Of a stretch of DNA of 55,637 bases, positions 1 through 10,347 are shown in pieces (within the stretch, counting starts at the first letter, position 1; the number at the start of each line of letters is the position of its first letter). The notes under the pieces were generated by a model that ran no database searches, was not told where the DNA came from, and saw nothing but the letters and a program-made list of their open reading frames with translations. The stretch spans positions 1 to 55,637 of the forward strand of contig JALRKL010000009.1 of assembly GCA_023268875.1 (NCBI GenBank). Reading direction: 5' to 3'. Origin of the DNA: Bacteroidia bacterium. Its GTDB lineage: Bacteria; Bacteroidota; Bacteroidia; NS11-12g; UBA955. The translations under genes and the position numbers were made by a program.

Positions 1-2
1 TT

Positions 3-107
3 GGAGAAGCTCAGTTTGATTTGAGCAACTTCGGAAACGGAATGTACTTGGTACGCATGACCAACAACGGTCAATCAACTGTGAAGAAAGTAATAGTTAA
101 AGACTAA
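3..107 (+). CDS. 3' end of a secreted protein with a T9SS (Por) C-terminal sorting domain; the 5' part lies outside the window
   Basis: Frame is open from the window edge (first full codon at 3). It translates GEAQFDLSNFGNGMYLVRMTNNGQSTVKKVIVKD*, which resembles the last beta-strands of Bacteroidota T9SS CTDs. A strong terminator follows. Confidence 0.6.
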   Translation, partial: GEAQFDLSNFGNGMYLVRMTNNGQSTVKKVIVKD

Positions 108-133
108 TTATAAAGTTGATTTGCATAAAGGAA

Positions 134-165
134 AGTCCCGGCTTTAAGCCGGGACTTTTTGTTTT
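134..165 (+). terminator. Rho-independent terminator
   Basis: Perfect 9-bp stem AGTCCCGGC / GCCGGGACT with loop TTTAA, followed by TTTTGTTTT. Confidence 0.75.
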
Positions 166-322
166 ATATCGATCCGGGTCAAAATATGTTTATATAAAAA
201 TGAACCTGTTTTTGGACGACATATAAAATTTATTGGCGATGTATTTTGAACGGAATCATAGAGTGAGAACCAATAACCTAAATTCAATAGTTAAAGGCGA
301 ATAAGTAATATTCTTATTTAAT

Positions 323-352
323 AGTATTCAATCTAACAGTATTCAATCTCAC
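323..352. repeat. Tandem 15-nt direct repeat AGTATTCAATCT[A/C]AC x2
   Basis: AGTATTCAATCT occurs at 323-334 and 338-349. ATTCAA (341-346) and TTGAAT (355-360) form a short inverted pair. The site lies in a 430-bp convergent intergenic region. Confidence 0.6.
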
Positions 353-537
353 AGTTGAATATCGGCCCTTATTCGTAAACAATAACGATAAAATATTAAC
401 CTTTGGCTCAATGGCTATTGTTACTCAAGGTTTGGCCAACTATTAGCCATACTTATAATTCCATTTAGATAATCGCAAACAGTATTGCGTTATCTATTAG
501 CCGGTTTTTCTAAGATAATAAGCCGATGGCTTTTCGA

Positions 538-1227
538 TTAAAATTGGGTTTTGCTTTTTAAGCGTTCGAAAATAATTACTACCCAAAATATGTAGAGAAA
601 GTTGTAAAAGAAGTCTTCGAAGGGGATAGTACCGATACGCACAAACATGTTTTCGGAATTGTTGTAGATAAGAACGGGTAATCTGGTGAGTTCTCCGTTT
701 ACATAAAACATAGGTATCATACTAACAATCCAAGCCATCCATAGGTGATTGAAGTAGGAACGTACGTTTTCCCAAAGAAACGAAAATCTCACGATTAACA
801 TACTTAAAGTAATCAATCCAAAAGTTACCGTTGTGTATAATTTCCCCCAGTAAACAATAGTTAATACGAGTGAGAGTAATAACGTTCCGTAATAAAGTGC
901 TTCAGTAGCTAATTTGATATTTGGGAAGTAAGCCTGTAGGCATCTATAAATAAACACACAGGCGTAAGGAACTACAAAGAAAAACCCGTATTCTTCGAAA
1001 GGTAAATTGAGAAAAGAGGGACCAAGCAGATACCTATAGTTAAATTCCCATATACCGGTCTTTGTAAACCATACATCCCAAATTAAATAGAATGACGAAA
1101 CCAATGCAAGCGACGGGAATAGGTATTTCCAGTCCTTGTAAAAGGCAACTTTTTTATCGAAGGAAAGGGCTAATGGACCTATGATGGTGAACGCATCTAG
1201 GAAAAGATACATGTATGCATCGGGCAT
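538..1227 (-). CDS. Lycopene cyclase domain protein (fused CrtYc/CrtYd-type, polytopic membrane protein)
   Basis: 229 aa and very hydrophobic. It has two copies of the PxE(E/D) signature of heterodimeric/fused lycopene beta-cyclases (LPFEEYGFFF and IPFEDFFYNF). It starts 8 nt after the sigma factor stop. Confidence 0.7.
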   Translation of the reverse strand: MPDAYMYLFLDAFTIIGPLALSFDKKVAFYKDWKYLFPSLALVSSFYLIWDVWFTKTGIWEFNYRYLLGPSFLNLPFEEYGFFFVVPYACVFIYRCLQAYFPNIKLATEALYYGTLLLSLVLTIVYWGKLYTTVTFGLITLSMLIVRFSFLWENVRSYFNHLWMAWIVSMIPMFYVNGELTRLPVLIYNNSENMFVRIGTIPFEDFFYNFLYIFWVVIIFERLKSKTQF

Positions 1228-1235
1228 AAGGCAAT

Positions 1236-1775
1236 TTACGCCAGTTGCAATTGGTAACCAAATTCCAATGCGTAGTCTTTCAACTTTTCGCGTAGGATAC
1301 GACGTGCGATAAATATGCGCGTTTTAACGGTACCAATAGGAATGCCTAATTCTTCGGCAATTTCATGGTATTTATATCCTTCAGCGTTCAAACGGAACGT
1401 TACCTTAAGATCTAGAGGCAATGCTTCAACAGCTTCGTTTAAATCTTTTCGAATAAATTTAAGTTCGGCATCGTTGTCAATATGGTGACTCGGGATATCA
1501 AGGAAATATGTGTTTTCGGTGGTGTCTAAAAACGTGTTGCGTTTTTGATCGCGACGATAATTATTTATGAATGAGTTTTTCAAGATGGTATACAGCCAAC
1601 CGCGGAGGTTGGTGCCAGCTTGAAACTTATCCTTGTAGCGATACGCTTTTAAGATGGTGTCTTGAACCAAATCTTTGGTATCATCCATATCATGGGTGAG
1701 CGAAAGTGCGTAATTACGCAATGGAGTGATTTCTTGCTCCATCATTCTGTCGAAATTGATTTGTGTAACGTTCAT
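1236..1775 (-). CDS. ECF-type RNA polymerase sigma-70 family factor
   Basis: 179 aa. Region 2 reads DLVQDTILKAYRYKDKF...WLYTILKNSFINNYRR. Region 4 HTH reads GYKYHEIAEELGIPIGTVKTRIFIARRILREKL. Confidence 0.85.
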   Translation of the reverse strand: MNVTQINFDRMMEQEITPLRNYALSLTHDMDDTKDLVQDTILKAYRYKDKFQAGTNLRGWLYTILKNSFINNYRRDQKRNTFLDTTENTYFLDIPSHHIDNDAELKFIRKDLNEAVEALPLDLKVTFRLNAEGYKYHEIAEELGIPIGTVKTRIFIARRILREKLKDYALEFGYQLQLA

Positions 1776-2113
1776 AGTAATACCTTACACAAATATGCGA
1801 TAAACATGGGGTAGATGCTAGGTTTTTTGTTTAGGTGTTGGTGGCTTAAACATAAACAAAATTGCACTCAAGGAGCCGTTTTTAGGTCTAAATTGCTGAT
1901 ATATAATTGTATGGATGTTTGGGGCATGGAATATTTTGTTTTATAACTATGTGTGAAAATTAAACAAATATTTACGGGGATCATCAATCTTGTTTTTCAT
2001 ATGAATACATTAAATAAATTTAAAGTATTGATAATGAGAGGTTTAATTTCTTTTGATGGTGTTTTAAAAAAGGTAGTCGATGAGAAGTGTTTAAAAAGTG
2101 ATATTTTACGTTG

Positions 2114-2147
2114 AACAAAAAAACCGCCCTTTTAGGAGCGGTTTTTG
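2114..2147 (-). terminator. Rho-independent terminator downstream of atpC
   Basis: On the minus strand, AAAAACCGCTCC TAAAA GGGCGGTTTTTTT. It lies 25 nt after the atpC stop. Confidence 0.7.
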
Positions 2148-2172
2148 ATTGTTTGGGTATTTTTTACAGTGG

Positions 2173-2403
2173 TTAAACCAGAATGGTAACCTTATTCTTT
2201 ACTACTTCAATTAATCCTCCGTTTACTTGGAAAGTTTTGGAATCGGCACCGTTCTGCACAATTACTTCACCTGCTTGTAAACTACTGATTAAAGCGGCGT
2301 GGTTGTTTTTTATCTGAAAAGAACCTGTTGCCCCAGGTAGGGTAACTACATCGGCTTCTCCATTGTAAACATGTGCGTCTGGGCTTAGGATTTCAACGTT
2401 CAT
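2173..2403 (-). CDS. atpC: F0F1 ATP synthase subunit epsilon (short form, beta-sandwich only)
   Basis: 76 aa, MNVEILSPDAHVYNGEADVVTLPGATGSFQIKNNHAALISSL..., sitting 10 nt downstream of atpD. It lacks the C-terminal helical hairpin. Confidence 0.8.
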   Translation of the reverse strand: MNVEILSPDAHVYNGEADVVTLPGATGSFQIKNNHAALISSLQAGEVIVQNGADSKTFQVNGGLIEVVKNKVTILV

Positions 2404-2413
2404 AGTTTATAAT

Positions 2414-3955
<1,542 letters not shown>

Positions 3956-4025
3956 TTATAGAATGCATAGCCACATTTTCATCTTTTTGTTATCCGGGCT
4001 TTGTTGTACCTTCGCAACGCCAATT

Positions 4026-5873
4026 ATGGATCGTAATACAGTCATTGGGTTCTCCCTAATTTTTCTAATTCTAGCGGGTTATTACTGGTACACTGCTCCC
4101 AGCCCTGAAGAACTAGCACGCATGCAGAACATGCGCGACAGCGTTGCTTTAGTCGAGAAGCAAACACAAGACTCCCTCGCACGAATCGCCGCACAAAAGG
4201 CGAATACTACCGAAGAAAGTTTGAAAGATTCCACCCTAAGCGTTCCGGTAAAATCGGAGGAATTATCTGCATTCGAAAAGGGGAATGACACATTAATCGT
4301 ATTGGAAAACCAAAAGTTGACCCTTCGTTTTAGTAACAAAGGTGGTAGTTTGAACTCGGTGAAACTTAACGACTACAAGAGATCGGATCGTTCTGATTTA
4401 GAACTCCTAGTTGATGGGAAAAACGATATGGGATGGACTTGGACCGATCAACGCGGACAAGAACTGAATAGTAAGGACTTCTTTTGGGAAGTTGCCGAAC
4501 GCAGCGATTCTGTTTTGGCATTTCGTTTATCGGTATCGGATAATCAATACATCGAACAGCGTTACAGTTTGAGCGATAACAAACCGTTTGTGGTTGATTA
4601 CAATGTAAATATTGTAGGTTTTAGCGATTATGTTCGACGTGGTAACTCCGATTTTCGTTTTGATTGGTCCGCTACGCTGCAAAAGCAAGAGCGTGATATG
4701 AAATGGGAGGAACAGCACACCGCCATTGTATATAAATTACCTGAAGAATCGCCTACCAGTTTAACTACTACCGACGAAGCTGAAGAGCTATTGAAGGCTC
4801 CTTTAAAGTGGGTAGCATTCAAGCAGCAATATTTCACGGCCCTTATTGCAAGCAACAACGATATTAGTTCGGATGCAAAATTATCTATGAAGATGAAATC
4901 GGATAATTCCGATTCAAACGATATTAAACCATTGAGCGCCCGGTTATTTATGGAATATAAGGGAGAGCCCACTCGAAATGCTGATTTTCATTTCTATTTT
5001 GGTCCTACTCATTATAAAACCTTAGAGAAAACAGATTTAGGTATTGCCAACGCCGAATTAGAAAGAATTATACCCCTGGGTTGGGGTATATTTGGTTGGG
5101 TTAACCGCGGTGTAGTAATTCCGGTTTTTTCTGCCCTAGACGGTGTAATTGGATCAACAGGTATCATAATAATGTTGCTCACCATTATCATCAAAACATT
5201 TTTACTTCCCTTGGTATATAAGTCCTATATCTCTACGGCCAAAATGAGAATTTTAAAGCCTGAGATTGATGCAATTAAAGAAAAACACGGAAATGATTTG
5301 CAGAAAACGCAACAAGAAAACATGGCCTTGTATAAAAAAGCCGGTGTTAGTCCGTTGAGTGGCTGTGTTCCTATGTTGTTGCAGTTACCCATTCTTTTTG
5401 CCATGTTCCAGTTTTTCCCTGTAGCATTTGAGCTTCGCCAAAAGGCATTCTTATGGGCAGCAGACCTAAGTCAATACGATGGACCATCTCTTGGATTCTC
5501 TATACCATTTTATGGGGATCACGTAAGTTTCTTCACATTGTTAATGACCGTTTCTACTTTAATTTACACCCATCTTAATAACCAAATTTCTGGTGTTACG
5601 GGACAAATGAAATACATCGGTTATTTTATGCCGGTGATTTTCTTGGGTGTACTTAACGATTATGCGAGCGGATTAACTTGGTATTACTTTGTAAGTAATA
5701 TGATTACGTTTGGTCAGCAATTTGTTATTCGTAAAACCGTTGATGATCAGAAGTTGCATGCACAAATAGCAGCGGCTCGCAAAAAACCGGCTAAAAAGTC
5801 CAAATTTCAAGAACGCATGGAATTGGCAATGAAAGCAAGTCAGGATCGCTCAAAAAATCAAAAGAGAAAATAA
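4026..5873 (+). CDS. yidC: Membrane protein insertase YidC (long Bacteroidota form)
   Basis: N-terminal TM, a large periplasmic domain and a C-terminal 5-TM core (KMRILKPEIDAIKEKHGND...MALYKKAGVSPLSGCVPMLLQLPILFAMF). The start is moved to ATG 4026 because the track start at 3912 overlaps atpD. Confidence 0.9.
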   Translation: MDRNTVIGFSLIFLILAGYYWYTAPSPEELARMQNMRDSVALVEKQTQDSLARIAAQKANTTEESLKDSTLSVPVKSEELSAFEKGNDTLIVLENQKLTLRFSNKGGSLNSVKLNDYKRSDRSDLELLVDGKNDMGWTWTDQRGQELNSKDFFWEVAERSDSVLAFRLSVSDNQYIEQRYSLSDNKPFVVDYNVNIVGFSDYVRRGNSDFRFDWSATLQKQERDMKWEEQHTAIVYKLPEESPTSLTTTDEAEELLKAPLKWVAFKQQYFTALIASNNDISSDAKLSMKMKSDNSDSNDIKPLSARLFMEYKGEPTRNADFHFYFGPTHYKTLEKTDLGIANAELERIIPLGWGIFGWVNRGVVIPVFSALDGVIGSTGIIIMLLTIIIKTFLLPLVYKSYISTAKMRILKPEIDAIKEKHGNDLQKTQQENMALYKKAGVSPLSGCVPMLLQLPILFAMFQFFPVAFELRQKAFLWAADLSQYDGPSLGFSIPFYGDHVSFFTLLMTVSTLIYTHLNNQISGVTGQMKYIGYFMPVIFLGVLNDYASGLTWYYFVSNMITFGQQFVIRKTVDDQKLHAQIAAARKKPAKKSKFQERMELAMKASQDRSKNQKRK

Positions 5874-5875
5874 TA

Positions 5876-6979
5876 TCAACTTAAACGTTGATAGTACTTC
5901 CCGGGTAATACTTTAATTACTCCTTTTATTTCTAACTCGAGTAGTGACAATGTGATGCGATGAAGAGGCATTCCGGAATATTGCAAAAGTTCGTCTATAT
6001 GGAGCGTTTTACCTGTCATTGTGTTCAATAGGGTGTTTTCATCCTGACTGAGCTTTGGAAATAGATCGCGTTGGTTTATTTCTTTTTTGGGATTTGTATT
6101 TTGCCAATTCATGGCTTTTACTACATCGGAAAAGTCCTCAATTAATTCGGCTACTTGTCTTTTTATTAGAGCGTTGCAACCTGTATTGTGTCCTTGAGAA
6201 GGATTTCCGGGAAAAGCAAAGACTTCCCGATCATAACTTCTGGCAATCTGAGCGGTTGACATACTTCCTCCAATTAATTTGCTTTCTACTACGACTACAG
6301 CATCGCTCATGCCGGCAATAATTCGGTTGCGCCGAGGAAACAAATCCGGATGTAGCTGTGCAAAAAGAGGCATCTCGGTTATCAGGCCTCCCTTTTCTAA
6401 CATTTCATTGCTCGTGGATTTATGTGCTTTGGGATAAATTTGGTCCAATCCATGGGCAAGAATTCCCAATGTACTCAAACCCGTTTTGATCGCACCGCGG
6501 TGCGCACAGATATCAATCCCATAGGCCAGACCACTGATTATTTGTACTCCATATGATTGGGCCTCTTCAATGAATTTTTGGGTTAGATAAAGGCTATGAG
6601 AACTTGGTTTTCGGGTTCCGACAATCGCTAAGGTTCGCGAAGGATTCAAAGGCGCTTCACCTTTGTAATAGAGCAGGAGAGGAGCGTCCACAATTTGTTT
6701 AAGTCTTACGGGATAACGGCTGTCGTAAAATGGAATTAAGTTTATCCCATGATCCTTTATAAATTGTAGGTCTCGAATAATTGAATCCCCATAAGAATCC
6801 CGCGCGCTTAAAACCTGTTCTATTTGCAGGGAGTTCCAAGCACATTTTTGATGCAATTCAATACCGGATTGATTAAATATTTCAGCGGCTGATCCAAAAA
6901 TATTAATGGCCGTTTTTGCGTGTACGGGGCCAATTCCTTTGCAACGAGAAAGTAAAATTAATGCGTAATGTTCATTCAT
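5876..6979 (-). CDS. dprA: DNA-processing protein DprA
   Basis: 367 aa with the Rossmann-like core LAIVGTRKPS...ISGLAYGIDICAHRGA...GGSMSTAQIA and a C-terminal winged helix. Confidence 0.9.
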   Translation of the reverse strand: MNEHYALILLSRCKGIGPVHAKTAINIFGSAAEIFNQSGIELHQKCAWNSLQIEQVLSARDSYGDSIIRDLQFIKDHGINLIPFYDSRYPVRLKQIVDAPLLLYYKGEAPLNPSRTLAIVGTRKPSSHSLYLTQKFIEEAQSYGVQIISGLAYGIDICAHRGAIKTGLSTLGILAHGLDQIYPKAHKSTSNEMLEKGGLITEMPLFAQLHPDLFPRRNRIIAGMSDAVVVVESKLIGGSMSTAQIARSYDREVFAFPGNPSQGHNTGCNALIKRQVAELIEDFSDVVKAMNWQNTNPKKEINQRDLFPKLSQDENTLLNTMTGKTLHIDELLQYSGMPLHRITLSLLELEIKGVIKVLPGKYYQRLS

Positions 6980-6995
6980 GGGAGATTGTTTCTCC

Positions 6996-7003
6996 CAAAG
7001 TTA
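6996..7003 (-). promoter_or_regulatory. -7 promoter box (TAACTTTG) upstream of dprA
   Basis: Matches TAnnTTTG, 16 nt upstream of the dprA ATG and abutting the lepA stop. Confidence 0.45.
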
Positions 7004-8794
7004 CTAATCGTTAAGTTTTAAAACGGCCATGAAGGCGCTCTGTGGAATATCTACATTTCCTACCGAACGCATTCGTTTTTTACCAGCTTTTTGCTTCTCC
7101 AATAGTTTGCGTTTTCGTGAGATGTCACCTCCATAACACTTGGCAGTCACGTCTTTACGAAGGGCAGAAATCGTTTCGCGAGCAATTATTTTAGCTCCAA
7201 CACCTGCTTGTATGGCAATTTCAAATTGCTGCTTAGGAATTAATTCTTTGAGTTTTTTGCAAATCTTTTTTCCTAAATCGAACGCATTGTCTCGGTGTAT
7301 TATGGCGCTTAAAGCATCAACTTGGTTTCCGTTAAGCATAATATCCATTTTAACCAAATGCGATTCTTTAAATCCAATAGGTGAATAGTCAAAACTTGCA
7401 TAACCGCGTGAAATTGTTTTTAGGCGATCATAGAAATCAAATACAATTTCCGCCAAGGGCATATCAAAGCTCAATTCCACGCGATCTGAGGTAAGATAAA
7501 CTTGATTCTTTAATACACCCCGTTTATCTAAGCACAAACTCATTACCGGTCCCACCCAATCCGACTTGGTTATGATAGAAGCGCTGATGTAAGGTTCTTC
7601 AACGAATTTGATTTTATCAGGGGAGGGTAAATCACTTGGGTTATTAACGGGTAGTACTTCGCCTTTTGTGGTATATGCGATATAACTCACGTTGGGAACA
7701 GTCGTTATTACCGTCATATTAAACTCGCGTTCCAATCGTTCTTGAATAATCTCTAAGTGAAGCATTCCCAGAAAGCCACAACGGAATCCAAATCCTAATG
7801 CGGCGGAACTTTCAGGCTCGAAAACAATACTTGCGTCGTTGAGCTGTAGTTTTCCCATGGCATCTCTTAAATCTTCATAGTCTTCGGTATCAACCGGATA
7901 TAACCCGGCAAATACCATGGGTTTTACATCCTCAAAACCTTGAATGGCTACGCTTGCTGGGCGCTCGAAATCGGTAATGGTATCACCAACTTTAACTTCT
8001 TTTGCGTCTTTAATACCTGAAATGATGTAACCTACATCCCCCGCTTTGATGACATCTTTGGGCATCGGGGTTAGTTTTAACACACCTATTTCGTCCGCAT
8101 GATAATCCATACCGGTATTCATGAATTTAACGTGTTGATTTTTGCGAATTTCTCCGTCTAATACTCTAAAGTAGGCTATAATTCCTCTAAAAGAATTGAA
8201 CACCGAATCAAAAATCAAGGCTTTTGCTGGAGCATTTGGATCGCCTTTGGGAGATGGCACCCGTTCAATTATGGCCCGCAATATATCATAAACACCTAAG
8301 CCGGTTTTACCACTTGCAGGAATAATTGAATCTCGTTCGCATCCTAAAAGATCTACAATTTCATCTTTAACCTCTTCTTGCATTGCCCCGGGTAAATCAA
8401 TTTTGTTGAGAACCGGTATAATTTCTAAGCCGTGCTCGAGAGCCATAAACAAATTGCTTATGGTCTGAGCCTCGATGCCTTGAGCAGCATCAACAATTAA
8501 TAACGCCCCTTCACAAGCAGCGATAGACCGACTGACTTCGTAACTGAAATCAACGTGGCCTGGTGTGTCAATGAGGTTTAAAACGTATTTTTCACCATCG
8601 AGTTCGTACTCCATTTGAATGGCGTGACTCTTGATTGTGATTCCGCGTTCACGCTCTAAGTCCATATCATCAAGAAGCTGAGCTTGCATTTGACGCTTAT
8701 CGATGGTTTTTGTATACTCCAACAAGCGGTCGGCAAGGGTGCTTTTCCCATGATCAATATGAGCGATAATGCAAAAATTGCGGATGTTTTTCAT
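7004..8794 (-). CDS. lepA: Translation elongation factor 4 (LepA)
   Basis: 596 aa with GTPase motifs [14 protein letters not shown] and NKID, plus a LepA C-terminal domain. Confidence 0.97.
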   Translation of the reverse strand: MKNIRNFCIIAHIDHGKSTLADRLLEYTKTIDKRQMQAQLLDDMDLERERGITIKSHAIQMEYELDGEKYVLNLIDTPGHVDFSYEVSRSIAACEGALLIVDAAQGIEAQTISNLFMALEHGLEIIPVLNKIDLPGAMQEEVKDEIVDLLGCERDSIIPASGKTGLGVYDILRAIIERVPSPKGDPNAPAKALIFDSVFNSFRGIIAYFRVLDGEIRKNQHVKFMNTGMDYHADEIGVLKLTPMPKDVIKAGDVGYIISGIKDAKEVKVGDTITDFERPASVAIQGFEDVKPMVFAGLYPVDTEDYEDLRDAMGKLQLNDASIVFEPESSAALGFGFRCGFLGMLHLEIIQERLEREFNMTVITTVPNVSYIAYTTKGEVLPVNNPSDLPSPDKIKFVEEPYISASIITKSDWVGPVMSLCLDKRGVLKNQVYLTSDRVELSFDMPLAEIVFDFYDRLKTISRGYASFDYSPIGFKESHLVKMDIMLNGNQVDALSAIIHRDNAFDLGKKICKKLKELIPKQQFEIAIQAGVGAKIIARETISALRKDVTAKCYGGDISRKRKLLEKQKAGKKRMRSVGNVDIPQSAFMAVLKLND

Positions 8795-8810
8795 ACGTTT
8801 TTAAGTGGGG

Positions 8811-8818
8811 CAAATATA
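8811..8818 (-). promoter_or_regulatory. -7 promoter box (TATATTTG) for lepA
   Basis: Matches TAnnTTTG, 16 nt upstream of the lepA ATG. Confidence 0.55.
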
Positions 8819-8846
8819 ATCAAATTAACGCCCCTTTTTGATACCA

Positions 8847-9440
8847 TTAACGCCACAAGGTCCAAGTGCAAATAGATCTGTTGAATCTACGATAATAAAT
8901 TGTTAAACGCCGGTTTTGGCCCGCATAGAAATCGGCTTCTAAAACCCCGGATTCTTGAATGCTAAACGGAGCAATATTCATGTCCAATTTAAAGTCAACA
9001 ATGCCTTTTCCGTAAGCTTTAAACATGGATTCCTTAGCGGACCAAATAGCTAATAATTGGTCCATGTTGGTTCCTTGTTTTGTGTAGTTCCATTCCGAAT
9101 CGTTACAGAATTTATGCGCTACACGCAGTATTTGCGGGCGTTCGCATTCAACATCAACACCTATTGGATATTGTTCGTGCTCTCCCCAAAAGAAATCTTC
9201 TTGAGAGTGACTGTAGTTGAAATGAATTTTTTGGTCGGTAAAAAATGGTTTACCGTTTTCGTCTTTTTCGATGATGTTTTTAGGATAATGTTCGTTCAAA
9301 AACTCTTGAACAACGGCTTTTTCTATAACCCGAGACTTGGGTTCTGCCGTTTCTATTGCGTAATTTTGTGTGAATAATTTAAACGAGCCTAGAAATAAAC
9401 GTACTCCCTCAGGTTCCTGCCATTCCTTCAGCCAATACAT
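8847..9440 (-). CDS. 4'-phosphopantetheinyl transferase superfamily protein (Sfp-like)
   Basis: 197 aa with PPTase motifs PIGVDVE and WSAKESMFKAYGKG. Confidence 0.75.
   Translation of the reverse strand: MYWLKEWQEPEGVRLFLGSFKLFTQNYAIETAEPKSRVIEKAVVQEFLNEHYPKNIIEKDENGKPFFTDQKIHFNYSHSQEDFFWGEHEQYPIGVDVECERPQILRVAHKFCNDSEWNYTKQGTNMDQLLAIWSAKESMFKAYGKGIVDFKLDMNIAPFSIQESGVLEADFYAGQNRRLTIYYRRFNRSICTWTLWR
9361..9368 (+). promoter_or_regulatory. Candidate -7 box (TAATTTTG) for the WD40 gene, inside the PPTase coding sequence
   Basis: This is the only TAnnTTTG match on the plus strand within about 90 nt upstream of ATG 9441. It lies 72 nt upstream. Confidence 0.35.
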
Positions 9441-10322
9441 ATGTCAAAATTAACCATTTTTCATCAAATTGAATTTAAAGGACATAAGCAATCGGTATAT
9501 TGCGTTGTACCTGATGGTAACGGTGGGTTTTACACAGCTGGATCTGATGGTTTCGTAGTTCATTGGAGCGATCCGAATAAAGACGAGGGTGTTGTCTTTG
9601 CCCGGGTTCCAGAAGCTGTATTTTCCTTGTTTTTGGATATGCCTAATAATCGGATTTTAGCAGGAGGTCAGTATGGGAATGTTTATATTCTACAGAGAAA
9701 CCTTTCCCCCAGAATTGTTAGAGTTCATGACGGAGCCATTTTTTGGGTTGGTTTTGGGCCTCGCCATTACATGAGCTGTTCGGCAAAAGGAGATATTTCT
9801 GTTTGGGATTCCCAAGGGAAAATAAAAAAATCGGTTTCGTTGTCAAAACTACCCTTACGATGGGGGTTACGCTTTGGTAATGATTGGTGGTTCACTGGTA
9901 GTGAAGGCCGTATTTGGGAACTAAATTCGGACCTTGAGATACGGAGTTCACACAATCTTGGCACACAAAGTTGGTTTAAAATTGGCATCACGGATGATTG
10001 GGTTTTTGCAGTGGGACGAGACGCTAAATTGCATCGTTGGAATAAATTATTTCTCGACGAAACGGTTCAAGATGCACACTGGTATAGCATACATGCTTTA
10101 GCTATTTCACCCAATGGAAGGATTGTGGCCACCGGTAGCATGGATAAAACCATTCGATTTTGGGATGTTAAAACGCTAGAGATTTTAGGAACTATCAAGA
10201 CAGAAAACGAATACGGCCATCGGAGTTCGGTAAATGAAATTTTGTGGTTAAACGATTCCCAGATCATTTCTGTTTCCGACGACGCATCGGTTAGATGTTG
10301 GAAACTTCAATTCGAGGGATAA
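9441..10322 (+). CDS. WD40-repeat (beta-propeller) protein
   Basis: 293 aa with WD-like units: GHKQSVYCV...GSDGFVVHW, HALAISPNGRIVATGSMDKTIRFWD and SVSDDASVRCW. Confidence 0.7.
   Translation: MSKLTIFHQIEFKGHKQSVYCVVPDGNGGFYTAGSDGFVVHWSDPNKDEGVVFARVPEAVFSLFLDMPNNRILAGGQYGNVYILQRNLSPRIVRVHDGAIFWVGFGPRHYMSCSAKGDISVWDSQGKIKKSVSLSKLPLRWGLRFGNDWWFTGSEGRIWELNSDLEIRSSHNLGTQSWFKIGITDDWVFAVGRDAKLHRWNKLFLDETVQDAHWYSIHALAISPNGRIVATGSMDKTIRFWDVKTLEILGTIKTENEYGHRSSVNEILWLNDSQIISVSDDASVRCWKLQFEG
9445..9452 (-). promoter_or_regulatory. -7 promoter box (TAATTTTG) for the PPTase gene, inside codons 2-4 of the WD40 gene
   Basis: Matches TAnnTTTG on the minus strand, 4 nt before the PPTase ATG (9440). Confidence 0.55.
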
Positions 10323-10334
10323 AACCGAACATTG

Positions 10335-10342
10335 TACCTTTG
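10335..10342 (+). promoter_or_regulatory. -7 promoter box (TACCTTTG)
   Basis: Matches TAnnTTTG, 5 nt before ATG 10348. Confidence 0.6.
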
Positions 10343-10347
10343 AAACT

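Noticed and set aside
2173-2403. ATP synthase epsilon of only 76 aa, lacking the C-terminal helical inhibitory domain, with atpDC separated from other atp genes.
   Set aside because: This is real but, to my knowledge, a general trait of Bacteroidota rather than something new.
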